Below, piece by piece: positions 36,193-52,519 of a stretch of 64,000 bases of DNA. The notes below the pieces were generated by a model. It made no database searches. It was not told where the DNA came from and saw only the letters and a program-made list of their open reading frames with translations. The stretch is from Selaginella moellendorffii (taxonomy: Eukaryota > Plantae > Lycopodiophyta): positions 1 through 64,000 of the forward strand of contig NW_003314269.1 in assembly GCF_000143415.4 (NCBI RefSeq). The letters are read 5' to 3'. Each line of letters starts with the position of its first letter. Within the stretch, counting starts at the first letter, position 1. A program made the translations under genes and the position numbers.

Positions 36193-36997
36193 ATGAGGGG
36201 AGCGGAGCTCGCGTTACTCGGTCCATTGCGCCTGTCAGGTAAGCTGTGCTTCAATACAACTAGAAAGAAGCGAAGAACTTGGAAAGTCAGACCTGTTCGT
36301 GGCCTCTGGAACTTCTTCGGAGGTAGAGAAGAGGCCACGGATTCTATCTCATTTTCGAAACAGTCTGGCTACCACGAATTGGAGCTCCCTTCGTTTCTGC
36401 CACTGCTCGTCCAAGACACCTTCCTTGCAGGTCTGTTGCTTTCGAACTTGACGTTGAAACATTCTCTCTTCTTGTGTAGATAAAGAGCTCAAGTGCTGCT
36501 ACAAGGCATCTCTGGACGGCTTCAGTGCGTACAAGTTCCACGGCTGCACTGACTTCAAAGGTCCCTGCGTCGTTCTAGGCGTCACTCGAGGCGGACTTCG
36601 TTTCGGTGGATTTAATCCTCTCGGATTCCGGAGCACTGATGACTACTACGACACCTTCAAAGCCTTCCTGTTCTACTGCCCTCAAGGAGATTCACCACCT
36701 GTTATTCTTCCCAAAGTCGGAGGCTCGGGAGCTGCAATATTCGACTATGCTCGAGGAGGGCCGCAGTTTGGAGCTGATGGACTTTTGATCGGGCCTCCAC
36801 TAGTTCCTGTTATGGGTGGCCTTTCTGGACCTGATCCAAACAAAGGTGAAGGCGATCTCAGCCAAGCAAAGTCGAGACTAGGACTTTCGTATGCATGCAG
36901 ACCTGATGGAAAGGATTCGATTTTCGGTGACGATAAGAAGGCCACGGTTGTCGAAATAGAAGTTTTCACTTGTCCAGCAATACGTGATATGTACTAG
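36193..36997 (+). CDS. TLDc-domain protein, probably plastid-targeted, 2 exons
   Basis: CCYKASLDGFSAYKFHGCTDFKGPCVV...FGGFNPLG...AFLF...GPQFGADGLLIG...EIEVF. Confidence 0.85.
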
Positions 36998-37164
36998 GTA
37001 GACTATACTGCAAAGCGAGGAGTTACAAAGGGATTTTAAAGAAAAAACTTACCGAAACGCATTTCAACGTAGTAAGGGAGACAGGCTCTTTGATCAAACG
37101 TTACCATGTGTATAAATGTCTCAATGTACAAAGGTTCTGAACTCTATAATTCTGAGTGCTGCTA

Positions 37165-39538
<2,374 letters not shown>

Positions 39539-39888
39539 CTGTGATCGACAAGAGAGAATCAAAGAAAGTGCTAGCGGAGGAGTTTTAAAGAGGGAAGAGG
39601 ATGATCGAACCTAGTCGCATTGCCAAAGACAGGGAATCACCACGCAATCCGCGAGTGAGCTGTGGAATCCCGACGCTTGCCCAGGCAATGCCCGCCCGGG
39701 CGCAACACATTGCTCTCTTTCCCTGTCATACAAGAATCGCGCCCTAGCGCGAATCCAAATCTGCGGTCCACACCACCGAATCAAGGGCTGAAATTTCACC
39801 AGCCGCTGCGACATCCAACGGCTCACACTGAAAATGTGACATCGATTTTGAGCGCCAAGGTTCAAATTAAATGTTTCCTAAAGGCCAC

Positions 39889-39939
39889 AGAGTTAACGCT
39901 CTTAACCGTATGGTCGGGGGTTCGAGTCCCCGGGCGGCG
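39889..39939 (+). tRNA. Degenerate tRNA-Lys(CTT)-like 3' half (pseudo-tRNA)
   Basis: CTCTTAACC.T.TGGTCG.GGGTTCGAGTCCC resembles plant tRNA-Lys(CTT) anticodon loop, variable region and T-arm. Acceptor stem and D arm are not recoverable. Confidence 0.5.
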
Positions 39940-40991
39940 TGACGCCAGTCGAAGTCAAGATTTTTCTGGTCGAGTCTAGTCTGGACGGCGTTGACTGGGG
40001 CCCATTGGAGGGAGTGTGCTCGTCGCTATCATTTTGGCCACCCCAATACATAGTTACGTTGTTTGGTGTGTTGCGGGGATTTGTCTAAGATTGCGCTGTG
40101 AATGTGCCACTGCCACAGCTTTGTCTAGAGAAAGTGGCAAACTTCTTTGGACGCTCCTTTAGTGTTGTTTGACCTTCCAAAGGCGTTGGATTGGTTTGGT
40201 GCTATAGTGACAGGGCCATCAACTAGTAAAGGTCAGTGAAAGTACCCCCCCACTTTTGTTGGCTACCTTGGCTTGGAATTATAGGCTTTACGCTAATCTA
40301 TAATCCCTCCACTTATAGGCTTTAGTCGTTTTTATAATCCCTCCATCGATTTAAGCACGCGCTTTGAAAGTCTTGCAAGTTTATCGATGAAAATGTGAAA
40401 ACAATGGAAGGATCCAACTGTGTTGTTCCATCAATCTCGTAAACCGGCCTAACTCGGCTGTCTGGCACGATAAAGCTTGTTTAATCTGGTCAAAAGAGAT
40501 GGCTAAATAGTTCTCCTTTGTTTCCATTATCTTCTCCAGCGCTTGTTTCGTGGCAACTTCTTTAGCTTTTCCTTCTAGTGTTTGTAGATCACGTTAAGAA
40601 TCATGGATGGATGGCTTCTAGAAAAAATGGAGGCTTCCACCAAATAAAAATGTGATCCACTAAGTTATATCGTAGAATTGCACAAGACCCCAACACACGC
40701 ACGGCACTAGCCAGCTACCAATGCTTTGTAAAAAGTAATAAACTGGATTCCTTTTCACCTTTTACCGGGAGGAGGTGAGAAAAGTCCCCCCTTCTCTTGG
40801 TTTGAGACGAGTCCTGTCCAAAGAAGAGGGCAAAATATCACTAGCAATCGCTACCCGGATTCTTAGGGTTCTTCCAGCAAGCAATGGAATCATCAGCGAT
40901 CGGGCGCTAGCTCCAGCTAGCACGAGGAGGATCGCACAGGTACTTGTCTGGTTGGCACTCTGTTCTTGCGAGATCCGCAAGAACGAGGAGA

Positions 40992-43900
40992 ATGGGGGGA
41001 TTTCCGGGCGAGAAATCTCCGATATTTGGCCGATTCCAGCTGCTGCTGCTCGCGCTCGCTGCCGTGAGCTACATTTCCACTCCCGCTGCATTTGCTCAGG
41101 AGGTCGCCATTCTCATCCGGTTCAAGCAAAATCTCGAGAAGCAGGCGCAGGGGGAGCTCCCGGATTTGTTCCAGAGCTGGAAGAGCACTGATTCGAGCCC
41201 ATGCAAGTGGGAGGGGATCAGCTGCGACTCGAAATCCGGGCTCGTCACTGAGATCAACCTGGCGGATTTGCAAATCGACGCGGGAGAAGGGGTTCCACCG
41301 GTGGTTTGCGAGCTCCCGAGCTTAGAGTCGCTCAACCTTGGAAACAATGAGATTGGCGGCGGTTTTCCACAGCACCTCTTCCAGTGCTCCAGCTTGAAGT
41401 CACTCAACCTCAGCATGAATCTCTTCGTGGGGCTTCTTCCAAACAACATCTCGGCGCTCACCAAGCTCGAGAACCTGGACCTCTGCGGGAACAACTTCAC
41501 CGGAGAGATTCCGCCAGGATTTGGAAGGCTGCCCAGTCTCCTGGAGCTCAATCTCACCAACAATCTGCTCAACGGGACCGTGCCAGGATTTCTCGGTCAG
41601 CTCTCCAACTTGCAGAGGTTGGATCTCGCTTACAACCCCATGGCCGAGGGTCCTATTCCCGAGGAGCTGGGAAGATTGACGAAGCTCAGGAACCTCATTC
41701 TCACCAAGATCAACTTGGTCGGAAAAATCCCGGAATCACTTGGGAATCTCGTGGAGCTGGAGGAGATACTGGACTTATCGTGGAATGGCTTGAGTGGCAG
41801 CTTACCGGCGTCGCTGTTCAATCTCCACAAGCTCAAGTTGCTCGAGCTTTACGACAACCAGCTCGAGGGGGAGATTCCAGCCAACATCTTCAACTTGACA
41901 TCCATCACCGACATCGACATATCGAACAACAGGCTTACCGGGAGCATTCCTTCGGGCATCACGCAGCTAAAGAGCTTGAGGCTGCTGCATCTCTGGCAGA
42001 ACGAGCTCACGGGTGCCATCCCCGAGGGGATTCAAGACTTGGGGGACTTTTTCGAGCTCAGGCTGTTCAAGAACAACTTCACCGGCCGGATACCGCAGAA
42101 GCTCGGCTCAAATGGAAAGTTGGAGGTGTTCGACGTCTCCAACAACATGCTCGAAGGTCCGATTCCACCCGAGTTGTGCAAGTCCAAACGCTTGGTCGAA
42201 CTTATTCTCTTCAACAACGGCATCACAGGCGGGATACCGGACTCCTATGGCTCCTGCCCGAGTGTAGAGCGTATCCTGATGAACAACAACAAGCTCAACG
42301 GTAGCATACCACCCGGTATATGGAACACGGAGCACGCCTACATCGTGGACTTGTCCGAGAACGAGCTCTCCGGTTCCATCTCCTCGGAAATCTCCAAGGC
42401 TTCCAATCTCACCACACTCAACCTCTATGGAAACAAGCTATCGGGTCCTCTGCCACCAGAGCTCGGCGACATTCCTGACCTCACAAGACTGCAGCTCTAC
42501 GGCAACATGTTCGAGGGAGAGCTTCCTTCCCAGCTTGGCCAGCTTTCCAGACTTAACGTCCTGTTCGTCCACGACAATAAGCTGGAAGGCCAGATTCCCA
42601 AGGCGCTGGGAATGTGCAAGGACCTTGCGCAACTTAACTTGGCTGGTAACCAACTCACAGGAAGCATTCCAGAGTCGCTGGGTGATATCAGCGGGCTCAC
42701 CTTGCTCGACCTCTCGAGAAACATGCTTACTGGAGACATACCACTGTCCATCGGTGAGATCAAGTTCTCCAGCTTCAACGTCTCGTACAACAGACTCTCT
42801 GGACGAGTTCCCGATGGCCTGGCAAACGGTGCGTTCGACTCGAGCTTCATTGGCAACCCCGAGCTGTGTGCCAGCAGCGGTAGCAGCTTGCTGTCCCTGA
42901 GCTCGTGTGGAAGAAACGGAGGAGAGAGCTCGGGTTCAAGACATGGACGTGTGGGTCTGCTGGGATACGTGATCGGTGGAACGTTTGCAGCAGCAGCTCT
43001 CCTCTTCATCGTCGGCTCTTGGCTGTTTGTCCGGAAGTACAGGCAGATGAAGTCGGGTGATAGCAGTAGAAGCTGGAGCATGACCTCGTTCCACAAGCTC
43101 CCGTTCAACCACGTGGGAGTGATCGAGAGCCTGGACGAAGACAACGTCCTGGGAAGCGGTGGAGCTGGCAAAGTTTACTTGGGCAAGCTGAGCAACGGAC
43201 AGGCGGTGGCAGTGAAAAAGCTGTGGAGCGCGGCCAAGAAAGGTGACGACTCCGCGTCCCAGAAGTACGAACGGAGCTTCCAGGCGGAGGTGGAGACGCT
43301 GGGCAAGCTCCGGCACAAGAACATCGTCAAGCTCCTCTTTTGCTACACCTGCGACGACGATAAGTTCCTCGTCTACGACTACATGGAGAACGGCAGCCTC
43401 GGCGAGATGCTCCACAGCAAGAAAGCCGGGCGGGGTCTCGACTGGCCGGCGAGGCACAGGATCGCGCTGGGAGCTGCCGAGGGGCTGGCTTACCTCCACC
43501 ACGACTACAAGCCGCAAGTTCTCCACTGCGACGTGAAATCCAACAACATCCTACTCGACGCGGAGCTTGAGCCTCACGTAGCAGACTTTGGACTGGCGAG
43601 GATCATCCAGCAGCACGGGAACGGTGTCTCCATGACGAGCATCGCTGGAACTTATGGCTACATTGCTCCTGGTAAGTTTCTCGAGCTCTCGGTAGGTGTT
43701 CTAAGCTCGTTTTTGTTCATGGTGCAGAGTATGCTTACACTCTCAAGGTGACCGAGAAGAGCGATATCTACAGCTTTGGAGTGGTGCTGCTGGAGCTCGT
43801 CACGGGCAAGAGGCCGATCGAGGCGGAGTTTGGCGATGGAGTGGACATCGTGAGGTGGGTCTGTGACAAGATCCAAGCTCGCAACTCGCTGGCGGAGATC

Positions 43901-44071
43901 TTCGACTCGAGGATCCCATCGTACTTCCACGAGGACATGATGCTGATGCTCAGAGTTGGGCTGCTTTGCACCAGCGCGCTGCCCGTCCAGAGGCCCGGCA
44001 TGAAGGAAGTGGTCCAAATGCTCGTGGAGGCGCGGCCAAAGGAGAAGATCCTCGCCAAGCAAGCAGTGTAA
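40992..44071 (+). CDS. LRR receptor-like kinase, subfamily XI (HAESA/HSL-like), 2 exons
   Basis: Signal peptide, CxWxGIxC cap, ~20 LRRs, TM, WSMTSFHKL, kinase GSGGAGKVY/HCDVKSNN/DFG/GTYGYIAP|EY; intron 43672-43727. Confidence 0.97.
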
Positions 44072-45057
44072 GACCATCCATCTCCATCCATCTCCTGGGC
44101 AACGCTGCAATGGCACTGCAGCCCAAGAGCAAACTTCCAAGTGAGCAGAGCTCTAGAGAGTTTTCCTCCATGGCCATCGCAAGAACAAAGAAAGAGTTAC
44201 TCCAATGTGTTGTTCTCTAGGGTAAGATTTTCTTGCGATCTAGCTTGGGAAGAGCAGCGGATTTTAAAGCAGAGAAAGCCACTGCCGCTCCAAGCGGTCT
44301 AGTTTTGGTAATGCTTGCTTGAGACTATTTCCTTAGCAGTCGATTGGATCCATGGCATAGCGTCGATCATAAGCTAGTAACAATGCATCCCAAGGCACGG
44401 TTTCACGATCTCCTTTGGACGTTATAACTTGCGTCTTTGGTTGTTGTGTCCTTGTGATCCTCGAATTGGTTTACTGCTCTTGCATTATTATTATTTTGTT
44501 TCATATGATTGATTGACAAACTTGAAGCTCATGCCAGAACAAAGCTTGACGATTAATCTCAAGGAAATGGCGTTTGGAAGTTTGCTCACAAGATCTCTCA
44601 CGGTACGTTGTAAACTTCGATTTGCCTCCGCACGATTTCGTCTTCCTCGACGATAACCAGCGGTTGCGTCTTTGGAATCCGGGTGAAAAACCAACCAGTC
44701 GAGGTAAAAACGCTGGAGTTTACTTTCTCTATGTCTATTCAGGTGATTGCCCAGAGACAATAGATATGCAGTGGCTGAGTTCTTCCAAGGAGAACGAGGC
44801 CAATGCGGCCGGTCTTGGAACAGTCCAAACGATGCTTCGTCCCGCAAAGCTCCAAGGAGCTCCAAGGCAATCATCGGCGTGCCCGAGGCGAAAAACCTCG
44901 CTAGAACGATGCGCAAACATTGTTATCGTTCGCAACGAGAGGTGATCGATCTCTCCACGGTCTTTTATATGTATCTCGTGGTTTCTGTTCCTCTGCCAAG
45001 CTATTCACTCACTCACTCTTTCCATTTCGCGTTCTTGCACAGGTGGAAGAGAAGAAG

Positions 45058-46338
45058 ATGATGAAGATGGACTACTCCAGCAATCCCGACACTCTCATCC
45101 CCGGCCTCAGGGACTCGCTCGCGTTGCAGTGCTTGGCTCGAGTGCCTCGGGCGTACTATCCAGCGCTGCGGCGAGTCTCACGGATGTGGCAAGGCACGCT
45201 TCTCGGCAGGCAGCTGTTCAAGCTCCGCAAGGACCTCGGCCTCCAGGAGCCATGGATCTACGTGCCTTTCAGCTCGAGCTCCACCTGCAGCAGCTGGCTG
45301 GAGGCCTACGATCCGGTGGAGAACGTGTGGCACGACATCGGCACCATTCCAAGCACAAACCCTGGCGAAGTTCTCAAATGCTTCGCGATGGTGCACATCA
45401 AGGAGCGGCTCTTCATCATCGGCGGCAAGATCAGCAGCAAAGATGGTGGAGACCTCTACACGTCGCGGAAGGTCCGGGCCTTGAACACCATCACAGGAAA
45501 GTGGAGCCAGTGCGCGAGCATGTCGGTTCCTCGTGTCGACTTTGCATGCACGGTGTGCAACGGGGTCATCTACGTCGCCGGCGGGCGCACGGGCCTCAGG
45601 CACGAGAGAGGGATCGATCTCGCCGAGGCCTACGTCCCAGCGCAGAACGCATGGATTCCTCTCCCGGCCATGAACATCGCCCGCTACAAGTGCGTGGGAG
45701 TCACCCTGGAGAGCAAAGTCTACGTCATTGGCGGCTTCGCGCTCGCGGGAAGCTCGTCCGGCATCAACGAGGAAGATGATTCTCTGGAGAACGACGACGC
45801 GGAGACGATGAGATACTGCTGCTCGCCTGTGGACCGGAGCTCGGTGGACGTGTTCGACCCGGCGATTGGAAGCTGGGGGCTGGCTCGAGCGATGTGGCAA
45901 GTTGACGTGCCTCCCAACCAGATCGTCGCGGTGGAAGGGGTGCTCTACAGCTCCGGGGACGTGCTGAGCGCCTGGAAGGGACGTGTGGAGCAGTACGATC
46001 GTGGGCTCAACATATGGAAGATTGTGGATGGATCGCAGCGGCTCCAGCCCGTGTCGAGGGCCGAGAACAGCAGGTTCTGGGAATCATCACGCAAGTGGCA
46101 GCAGTGCTACCTCACCATGGCACAGGTGGGGAAGTCATCACTCTACTTCATTGGTGGCTACAGGAAAGCTGGTCATGATGACGAAGGATCCGGCGAAAGC
46201 TACACCATGAGCGACCGAGGAGTCACCTTGGAAGTCGTGAGCGTTTTCGATACGAGGGAAGGGAAGTGGCGCAGCACGGAGACGCCGTCCATGGCTGGGA
46301 AGGAGCTTTGCAGCCACTGCTGCACGTTAGAGCTCTAA
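45058..46338 (+). CDS. F-box/kelch-repeat protein
   Basis: LIPGLRDSLALQCLARVP F-box; kelch repeats LFIIGG, IYVAGG, VYVIGG with Y/W signatures. Confidence 0.92.
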   Translation: MMKMDYSSNPDTLIPGLRDSLALQCLARVPRAYYPALRRVSRMWQGTLLGRQLFKLRKDLGLQEPWIYVPFSSSSTCSSWLEAYDPVENVWHDIGTIPSTNPGEVLKCFAMVHIKERLFIIGGKISSKDGGDLYTSRKVRALNTITGKWSQCASMSVPRVDFACTVCNGVIYVAGGRTGLRHERGIDLAEAYVPAQNAWIPLPAMNIARYKCVGVTLESKVYVIGGFALAGSSSGINEEDDSLENDDAETMRYCCSPVDRSSVDVFDPAIGSWGLARAMWQVDVPPNQIVAVEGVLYSSGDVLSAWKGRVEQYDRGLNIWKIVDGSQRLQPVSRAENSRFWESSRKWQQCYLTMAQVGKSSLYFIGGYRKAGHDDEGSGESYTMSDRGVTLEVVSVFDTREGKWRSTETPSMAGKELCSHCCTLEL

Positions 46339-47990
46339 AACAAGTGAAGACGAGCAGACACAACACACAAGATACACTTTGGCGCTGGTGCTCGCCAGGT
46401 GAGTGAGAAAAGGAGTTTTCCAGTTCTTTTGCTTTGTTTTTTTTTTTGTAACTTAAGCTTGGATGCCAGGTGAAGGAACTGGTCGTGACGTCGATCGGGC
46501 GGCGGCTGCTGCTGTTACCGCTGCATCCTTGGCCGGATTTCCAGGACGGGGCATTCAGCTCGAATCGCGTCGGCAAACTCCAAAAGGTTTTTACAAGCAC
46601 AAATATGCGCTGCTGTTCTGTTTGCTCCTGCAACAATCCAGTACTGGAGCTTGCTCGAGTGGCCGGAGAGGAGTAAAGAAATCGTATCCCTTCCCTCCTC
46701 CTCCCCTCTCTTCTAAAATATGTTATGTTGAAACCGATGCTGTTGCTGGCTGGTACAGGGTCGCGTGGATTCATGTGATTCTGTTGTTTAGTTTTGTGTG
46801 TCTCAGTAGGTAGTTACTCAGCGCATAATCACCCAAGAGAGCTTGTTTTCTCTTTCAAAACTTGTTTGTGGAGGACATGATGTACATTGTTTGTGGATGT
46901 TTGGTTTCATGTTAATAGTAAAGATAAGCTGGCAATTTTGACTTTTGATCTGTTCTCTCTGAGCGACAACGATGCTGGCTGGTTAGTAAATTAGAGTTCG
47001 GTAATCAAATCACTAAACACATATAGTGGATGTGGAGTGGATCATGGGCAAGTGCGATATTTCCTTGATTTTTCTTCCACCAGCGTACGGACGAACAAGT
47101 AAACCAAAACAAAAGCAAAGAGGTCGAAGAGGCATCAACCACAAACTCTTTCTTCAGCAGTGGAGTGGACCCACAAACCACACATTCACACATCAAAGCA
47201 CACTTGTTGTTTTGACGGATCAATCCAATCCCATCCCAACGAATATATATGCTGCACATCTCTCTCTCTCCCAAAACGATGCGGCCCCCGGAATGGACAA
47301 CGCCTTTCCCGCCCCGACGGTTTGAATTTGAATTCAAATTCGAATTCGAATCCCCGTCCGTACCGCTCACGAAAACCCCATGGCCTCCTCTGCTACGCGC
47401 ACGGATCTTCTCGTGGAAGACCAAACAATCTCTCGGGTAAATTCCTTCTTTAAAGTGGATTTGGCCCTCCAAGTGATTCTTAAGTACATGGGCACAAAAT
47501 ACAAGCCTCTTGCTTCGTCAAACTGCTGGAATCAAAGGCATGGATCCACCAAGACTCTTCTCCCTCTCTCAAAAAAGTAGCAGAAAAAATTGCAAAGCAA
47601 AGTAGTACTACCTAAAAGCAAAACTTAAAACCGACCCCCCAATGAAGAACAAAGAAAGAATTTGATCCCCCCCCCCTCCAAACAACTAAGACGTTGTTAA
47701 TCACTCTAGCTAAAGACTCGTTCTCTGGAAAATGTAGCAAAGAACAAGCAGCGAAACCAGTAGAATGGAAACGAAGAAGAAACGAAGACGAAGAAGAAAA
47801 GAATTAAGTAGAGAACCGCCACTCTAGCAACTTCGCGTAAAGAATACGAATTCTCTGCCTGATCTCTCAGTCCTCCCGGAGAAGAAAGGATCAAACGAAA
47901 GGAAGGAGCGAAGGAAGGAAAGAAGAAGTTAAATAGGCCTAACCTCGACTCGCTCGATGGATGATGGATGATCGATCGGTCGATGGGGAT

Positions 47991-49179
47991 TCAGGCGATA
48001 AGCACCTCCTCCTCGGCAATCTCCCCCTCGGCCTCCTCCTTGAGCTGCTTCATCACCACCATCTCCCGCTGCCGCCGCATCTCTAGCACCTTCCTGTGCG
48101 AGTTGGAGTGCTTGTCCGACACGAAGCTCGGGCTCCCCGCGGGCCGGTACTCGGGCAGCAGCCGGCCCGACTTAAACCGGACACCGCACGCGTTGCACAG
48201 CGTCTTGGGTCCCAACGGACCGGCTCGCCACTGTGGAGTTTTCTGCGTCTGGCAGTGGCTGCACTTCCTCGATGGCATCTCTGGCAGGCCATCGCCGGAC
48301 TGCTGCTGCTGCTGCTGCTGCTGGTGATAGCTTTGATGACGTTGAGCCACCCCCTGGTTTTGTCGCTGCTGGGCATCTTTGCATTGCCTCTTGGCGGCCG
48401 GGAGCCTGATCAGCCCATCGTCGTCCTGATCCTCCGTCACCACCTCGCTCTCCGTCGACAGAGCACAGTCCGACTCGTGAGTCTCTGAGTGCTCGTCCTC
48501 CTCCTCTTCCTCCTCTTCGTCTTCCTCATCTTCCTCCTCTTCGTCCACCTCATATTCCTCCTCCTCAAGCTCCACATCTGCGTCGTCGTCGTCGTCGTCA
48601 TCGTCGTCCTCTACGTCCTCCTGCTCTTCATCGTCCGTGCTCGCTGTGTAGCTGGTCTTTGTGGGCGTTATGGTCCGCCCCCTCTTGCTCCTCCCCGTGC
48701 TCGAAAACACGTTCTTCACATCGCCGCCGGCGTGGACCGAGGAGATTGAAACCATGGCTGACCTCTCCGATGTCGCGCAGCTCTCCAGCACAGACACCGG
48801 GCTCATCATGTATAGCTGCTCTTCCTGCTCCTGCTGCTGCTGCTGCTGCGCTCGTATCCGGTTCTTTTCCTCCTCCCGGGCCGACGAGCCCAGCAACACC
48901 TTTGCATTCCCGAAATCGAACCATCCCAGCTCCTGGAAACACACAAGCACAATCCGCATGAGAAACTCCACACCCAAGAAAAAACAGAGGCAGCAAGAAA
49001 CACAAGAAACGTACCGGAGCGCAAAAACTCCGGCTGTCGATGAGCGAAGACAGCCCGCTAGAATCGCTGTTCTTGCTGCTGTCCTCGAGATCGCATATCG
49101 GACCCGCGAGGCCGTCCTGCGAGAAATCCAGCAGCTCCTCGATTCCAAACGAGTCCAAGCAGCAATCGGCCTCCTCCAT
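47991..49179 (-). CDS. GATA transcription factor (class A), 2 exons
   Basis: [47 protein letters not shown]...[12 protein letters not shown]; N-terminal IEELLDFS; SPVSVLE; acidic tract. Confidence 0.95.
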
Positions 49180-51080
49180 TAAGCTCGCCCAAGAAGAAAC
49201 CCGTTGTCAAGGCGCCGTGTGGCTGCAGGAAGAAGAAACCAACAATGGAAGAGGAGTGAGTCAAAAGATATGCCGATTCAGCACGACCCACAAAAGCCAG
49301 CCGCACAAAGAAACAAAATGCCCAACAGTAGGCAAATGCAACATGCCAAGCACAAGCAATTCCGCTCCATCTCTCTGCCCACCCGGCCGTCGCCCAGTCC
49401 TCGCACCTCTTTCTTTTTTCTTCCTCCTCCCAGCTAAGTAAGTAGCGAGCTAATTTTTTTCTCCTCTCCAGCTCTCTCTTTGCTTTTCCCTTAACAACAC
49501 CAACGACACCAACACCACCATGCAGTGGTGCCCCACACGCAAAACATGCTGTTACCCATTATCCACTGAACGCCATGCTGCCACACGAAGAAAGTAATAG
49601 CAACGCCGGCCGGTTCTTCTTCTTGTTCTTGATGATCGAACCAAAAGAACCGCGCCGCTACGCCACGCCGGGCGATATTACACTCGCTCTCTCCCCTCTC
49701 ACCTCTCTCTCACCCCTGGAAATGCCAAGAACGGCCGAAATATCTCTCACGCACAAGCAACCACACGCAAATTGCATGACAGAGGACGGACGAAACGGCT
49801 AGAACTGAGAGATGGACACTCACCGGAGAAGCCGCTCGAAATTTCGCTGCGATGCCACCGATTCCCGATAGCGCGGCGGCGCGGGGAGAAAAGAATCGCT
49901 CGCTTGCGAGTGAGCTAGGAAGCTGGAGCTAGGCGATGGCGCTGCGTCGTCGCTGGAGAAAGAAATCTTGGCGCTTCGAGAAAGGGGATGACCTAGAAAA
50001 CCCAGCGCTGTGTGTGCCGTCGCCAAAAACCCACAGGGAAGAGCTATGTCCGTGTTGTGTTCATCCAAGTTGAAATTTTAACCCCGGATTAATCCCCCAC
50101 TCCCCATTTGGACAGCATCTGCCGCTGCCGCTGACGTGGCGCGCCACCGTTGGCCGATCGACGTAGCCGTGCGGTTGTAACCACCGGATGCGCGGCCACG
50201 TCTGCGGCAATGCCCCGCGCTTTTGGCCTTTGAATGGGTCGCCCTTTATTACGTGGTCACCACTATTTTCGGGCGCCGGTTATGATATGGAGTTAAAACC
50301 GCGGGATGGAAAAAATCACACGCCCGTTTACGGACCGTTGGATGGTAGAGGTAGGTGAGCTCCCACCGTCTGATGATTCCATTCGTCCACGAGAAAGGCC
50401 GCTTTGCAGGTTCGAATCATGGCGTGACAAGGATCAGGTGTAAAACTTAAGGCTAAAAGTACGCGTAATTTCTACTCCATGGCTTGGCTTGATACTTCAA
50501 ACCCAAAAAGAAAAATTTTACCAATACATCACAAGCTTTATTTCTATTTTACACGATCATCACATGGTTGCCAGGACATTTATACTCTTCTTTCTTACCA
50601 AACCTGGCTGGGCGGCGGTTAAATCCGCGCGGTTTCGTTTTTACCTTTATTCTTTTACTGCGTATTCGACGAAAAGGAATTTGAAATGGGGTGTCACCTT
50701 TCGCTGGTGTCGCTTATCATGTAAGAGATCGCTGGCGGCCGCTGGCTGACCTAAAAAAAATTTCTGGCCAAAACGCTGGCATTGTCTCGTGGGTCTCCTT
50801 TTTAGAGGCGCTGTTGTGAGTGGGTTCTGGTAAGTTGGTATTCAAACGGGAGCTGGTAACTTTCTCGATTTTACCCAGTGAAAGTTCCAGGCAAGTTTTT
50901 GACCAGACCCGAAAGACTTCAAACAAAGCGCGTGTCGACGAGTTTAGAACGAGTAAATCTGGGACGCCGGCTGATAGAGTCCTAGCTGACAAATTTTGTG
51001 GAGGGTCCATTCTGATATGCCGGGTATAACAAGTCATGTGAGGAGTGTACGAGATGAAAATGAAAACCACGGGATCTTCC

Positions 51081-52417
51081 TTAGAGCTTGGACTTGAATC
51101 CCAGTTTCTCGTGCCTCTGGGCCTCGTAGTTTGACGCTGCCTTTCGCAGGAGCTTGTGGATTTCGCCGAAGTGTGGCGACGTTGCTTCCTCCGTGTCGAT
51201 TAGCCACTGTCTTAGCTTTGGAAACGGACTAAGAAGATCCGAGAGTTTTGCTGCACCGAGAAGCTGGAGAGTACAAAAGAGAGGTCGCTGAAGGAGTGCC
51301 GAAATGGAAAGAGATTACCTCTAGCTGCGTGATTTCACAGCACAAGCTGAGATCGGCAATACTTGGTTTGAAGGAGCCACCGAGAAACTTGGTGCCACCT
51401 TGCAGCCACACGTCTTCTATCTTCGACAGGGAAGATCTTAGCAGTTTCTCGGAGTCACTGGCCAGCTTTGGATCTTTTGACAGTCCAAGAACTGGTGCGA
51501 GAACCAAAGCCATCACCAAACCAGCTGAAACTTGACACGAATCAGCAAAAAACTTCTACTCAGTGACACCGTCAATTTACCTGCGCCGCGTCGTAAGTTC
51601 GCATGATGCCAATCGAGGATGCTGTCAATACGAGCTCGTCGAGATAAATCCGAGGGATACCTGGACAGCGAGGAGACACTTATTTATGATTAAGCCAAGG
51701 AAAAACATACCAGTGGTCGGGGACTTTAGGATAAGTAGCTGCAAGGTATCTGAGGATAGCATGGCTGCAAAGAGATTTTGTTTAAGGACCTGGAAGATGT
51801 GACAGCACAAACTAGACCTTTCAAACAGTTTAAATCCATGGTCGACAATAGCAGGCACCTGGCCCATCGGATTGATAGCTACAATCAAACAAAACTTGGA
51901 TTTCATAGGAGACGAAGAGGATACATACCTTTAAACTCGGGAGTCCTTTGCTGGCCTTTAGCTACGTTGACAACGTGAATCTCGGCATCGATGTTGTTGA
52001 TCCTGGAGCAAAGATCACAACAACAACAAACGAATAGAAGTAAAACGAATACATTAAGAGAACAAAAACGATCGAGCTAAAACGCAGCCAAAGATCAATC
52101 GATTTGATTGATCCTCCAAAAAGAACAAAAAAATAAAGAATCGAATGCTGGCGAAGCTAGAAAATGTTAAGAAACGCAGGCAAATCATCACTCGATTTGA
52201 TTGATCCTCAAAAGACAACAGGAGGAAAAAAAATCCATGCATCGATCAAGCAAAAATCCTGGCGCAAAGAAATGCGCCTTTGTAGTGATCAAGAGGGAAG
52301 CAAATCAATCTATAGAACTTACCGGCAGAAGATGAGAATCGCTCGCGACGGCTGCGACATGAAATCCACATAGAGATGGAGCTTGGAATCCCTCTTGTGC
52401 GGCGGCGCCAGCGCCAT
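51081..52417 (-). CDS. GSTT: Glutathione S-transferase theta class, peroxisomal (C-terminal SKL), 7 exons
   Basis: LYVDFMSQPSRA, INPMGQVPAIVD, ESHAILRYL, LDWHHANLRRG, PSIADLSL; ends FKSKL*. Confidence 0.93.
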
Positions 52418-52519
52418 CGCCACCGTCTCTCACTCGCTATCAAGCTACACAAATAAAAACCCTCGCGGCTATGGTGTCAGGAAATATTTCCACTCCAGCC
52501 ACGATCTTTCCCACTCGCT

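Noticed and set aside
40279-40345. ~33-bp direct repeat TATAGGCTTTA...TATAATCCCTCCA
   Set aside because: Two copies only; a simple local duplication.
41096-43536. Long antisense/alternative-frame ORFs over the RLK (likewise over ERF, CCCH-KH, kelch and GATA)
   Set aside because: Expected shadows of GC3-rich coding sequence.
44491-44945. 123-141 aa ORFs upstream of the F-box/kelch gene
   Set aside because: Non-ATG or antisense with no recognisable domain; a uORF cannot be supported without conservation data.
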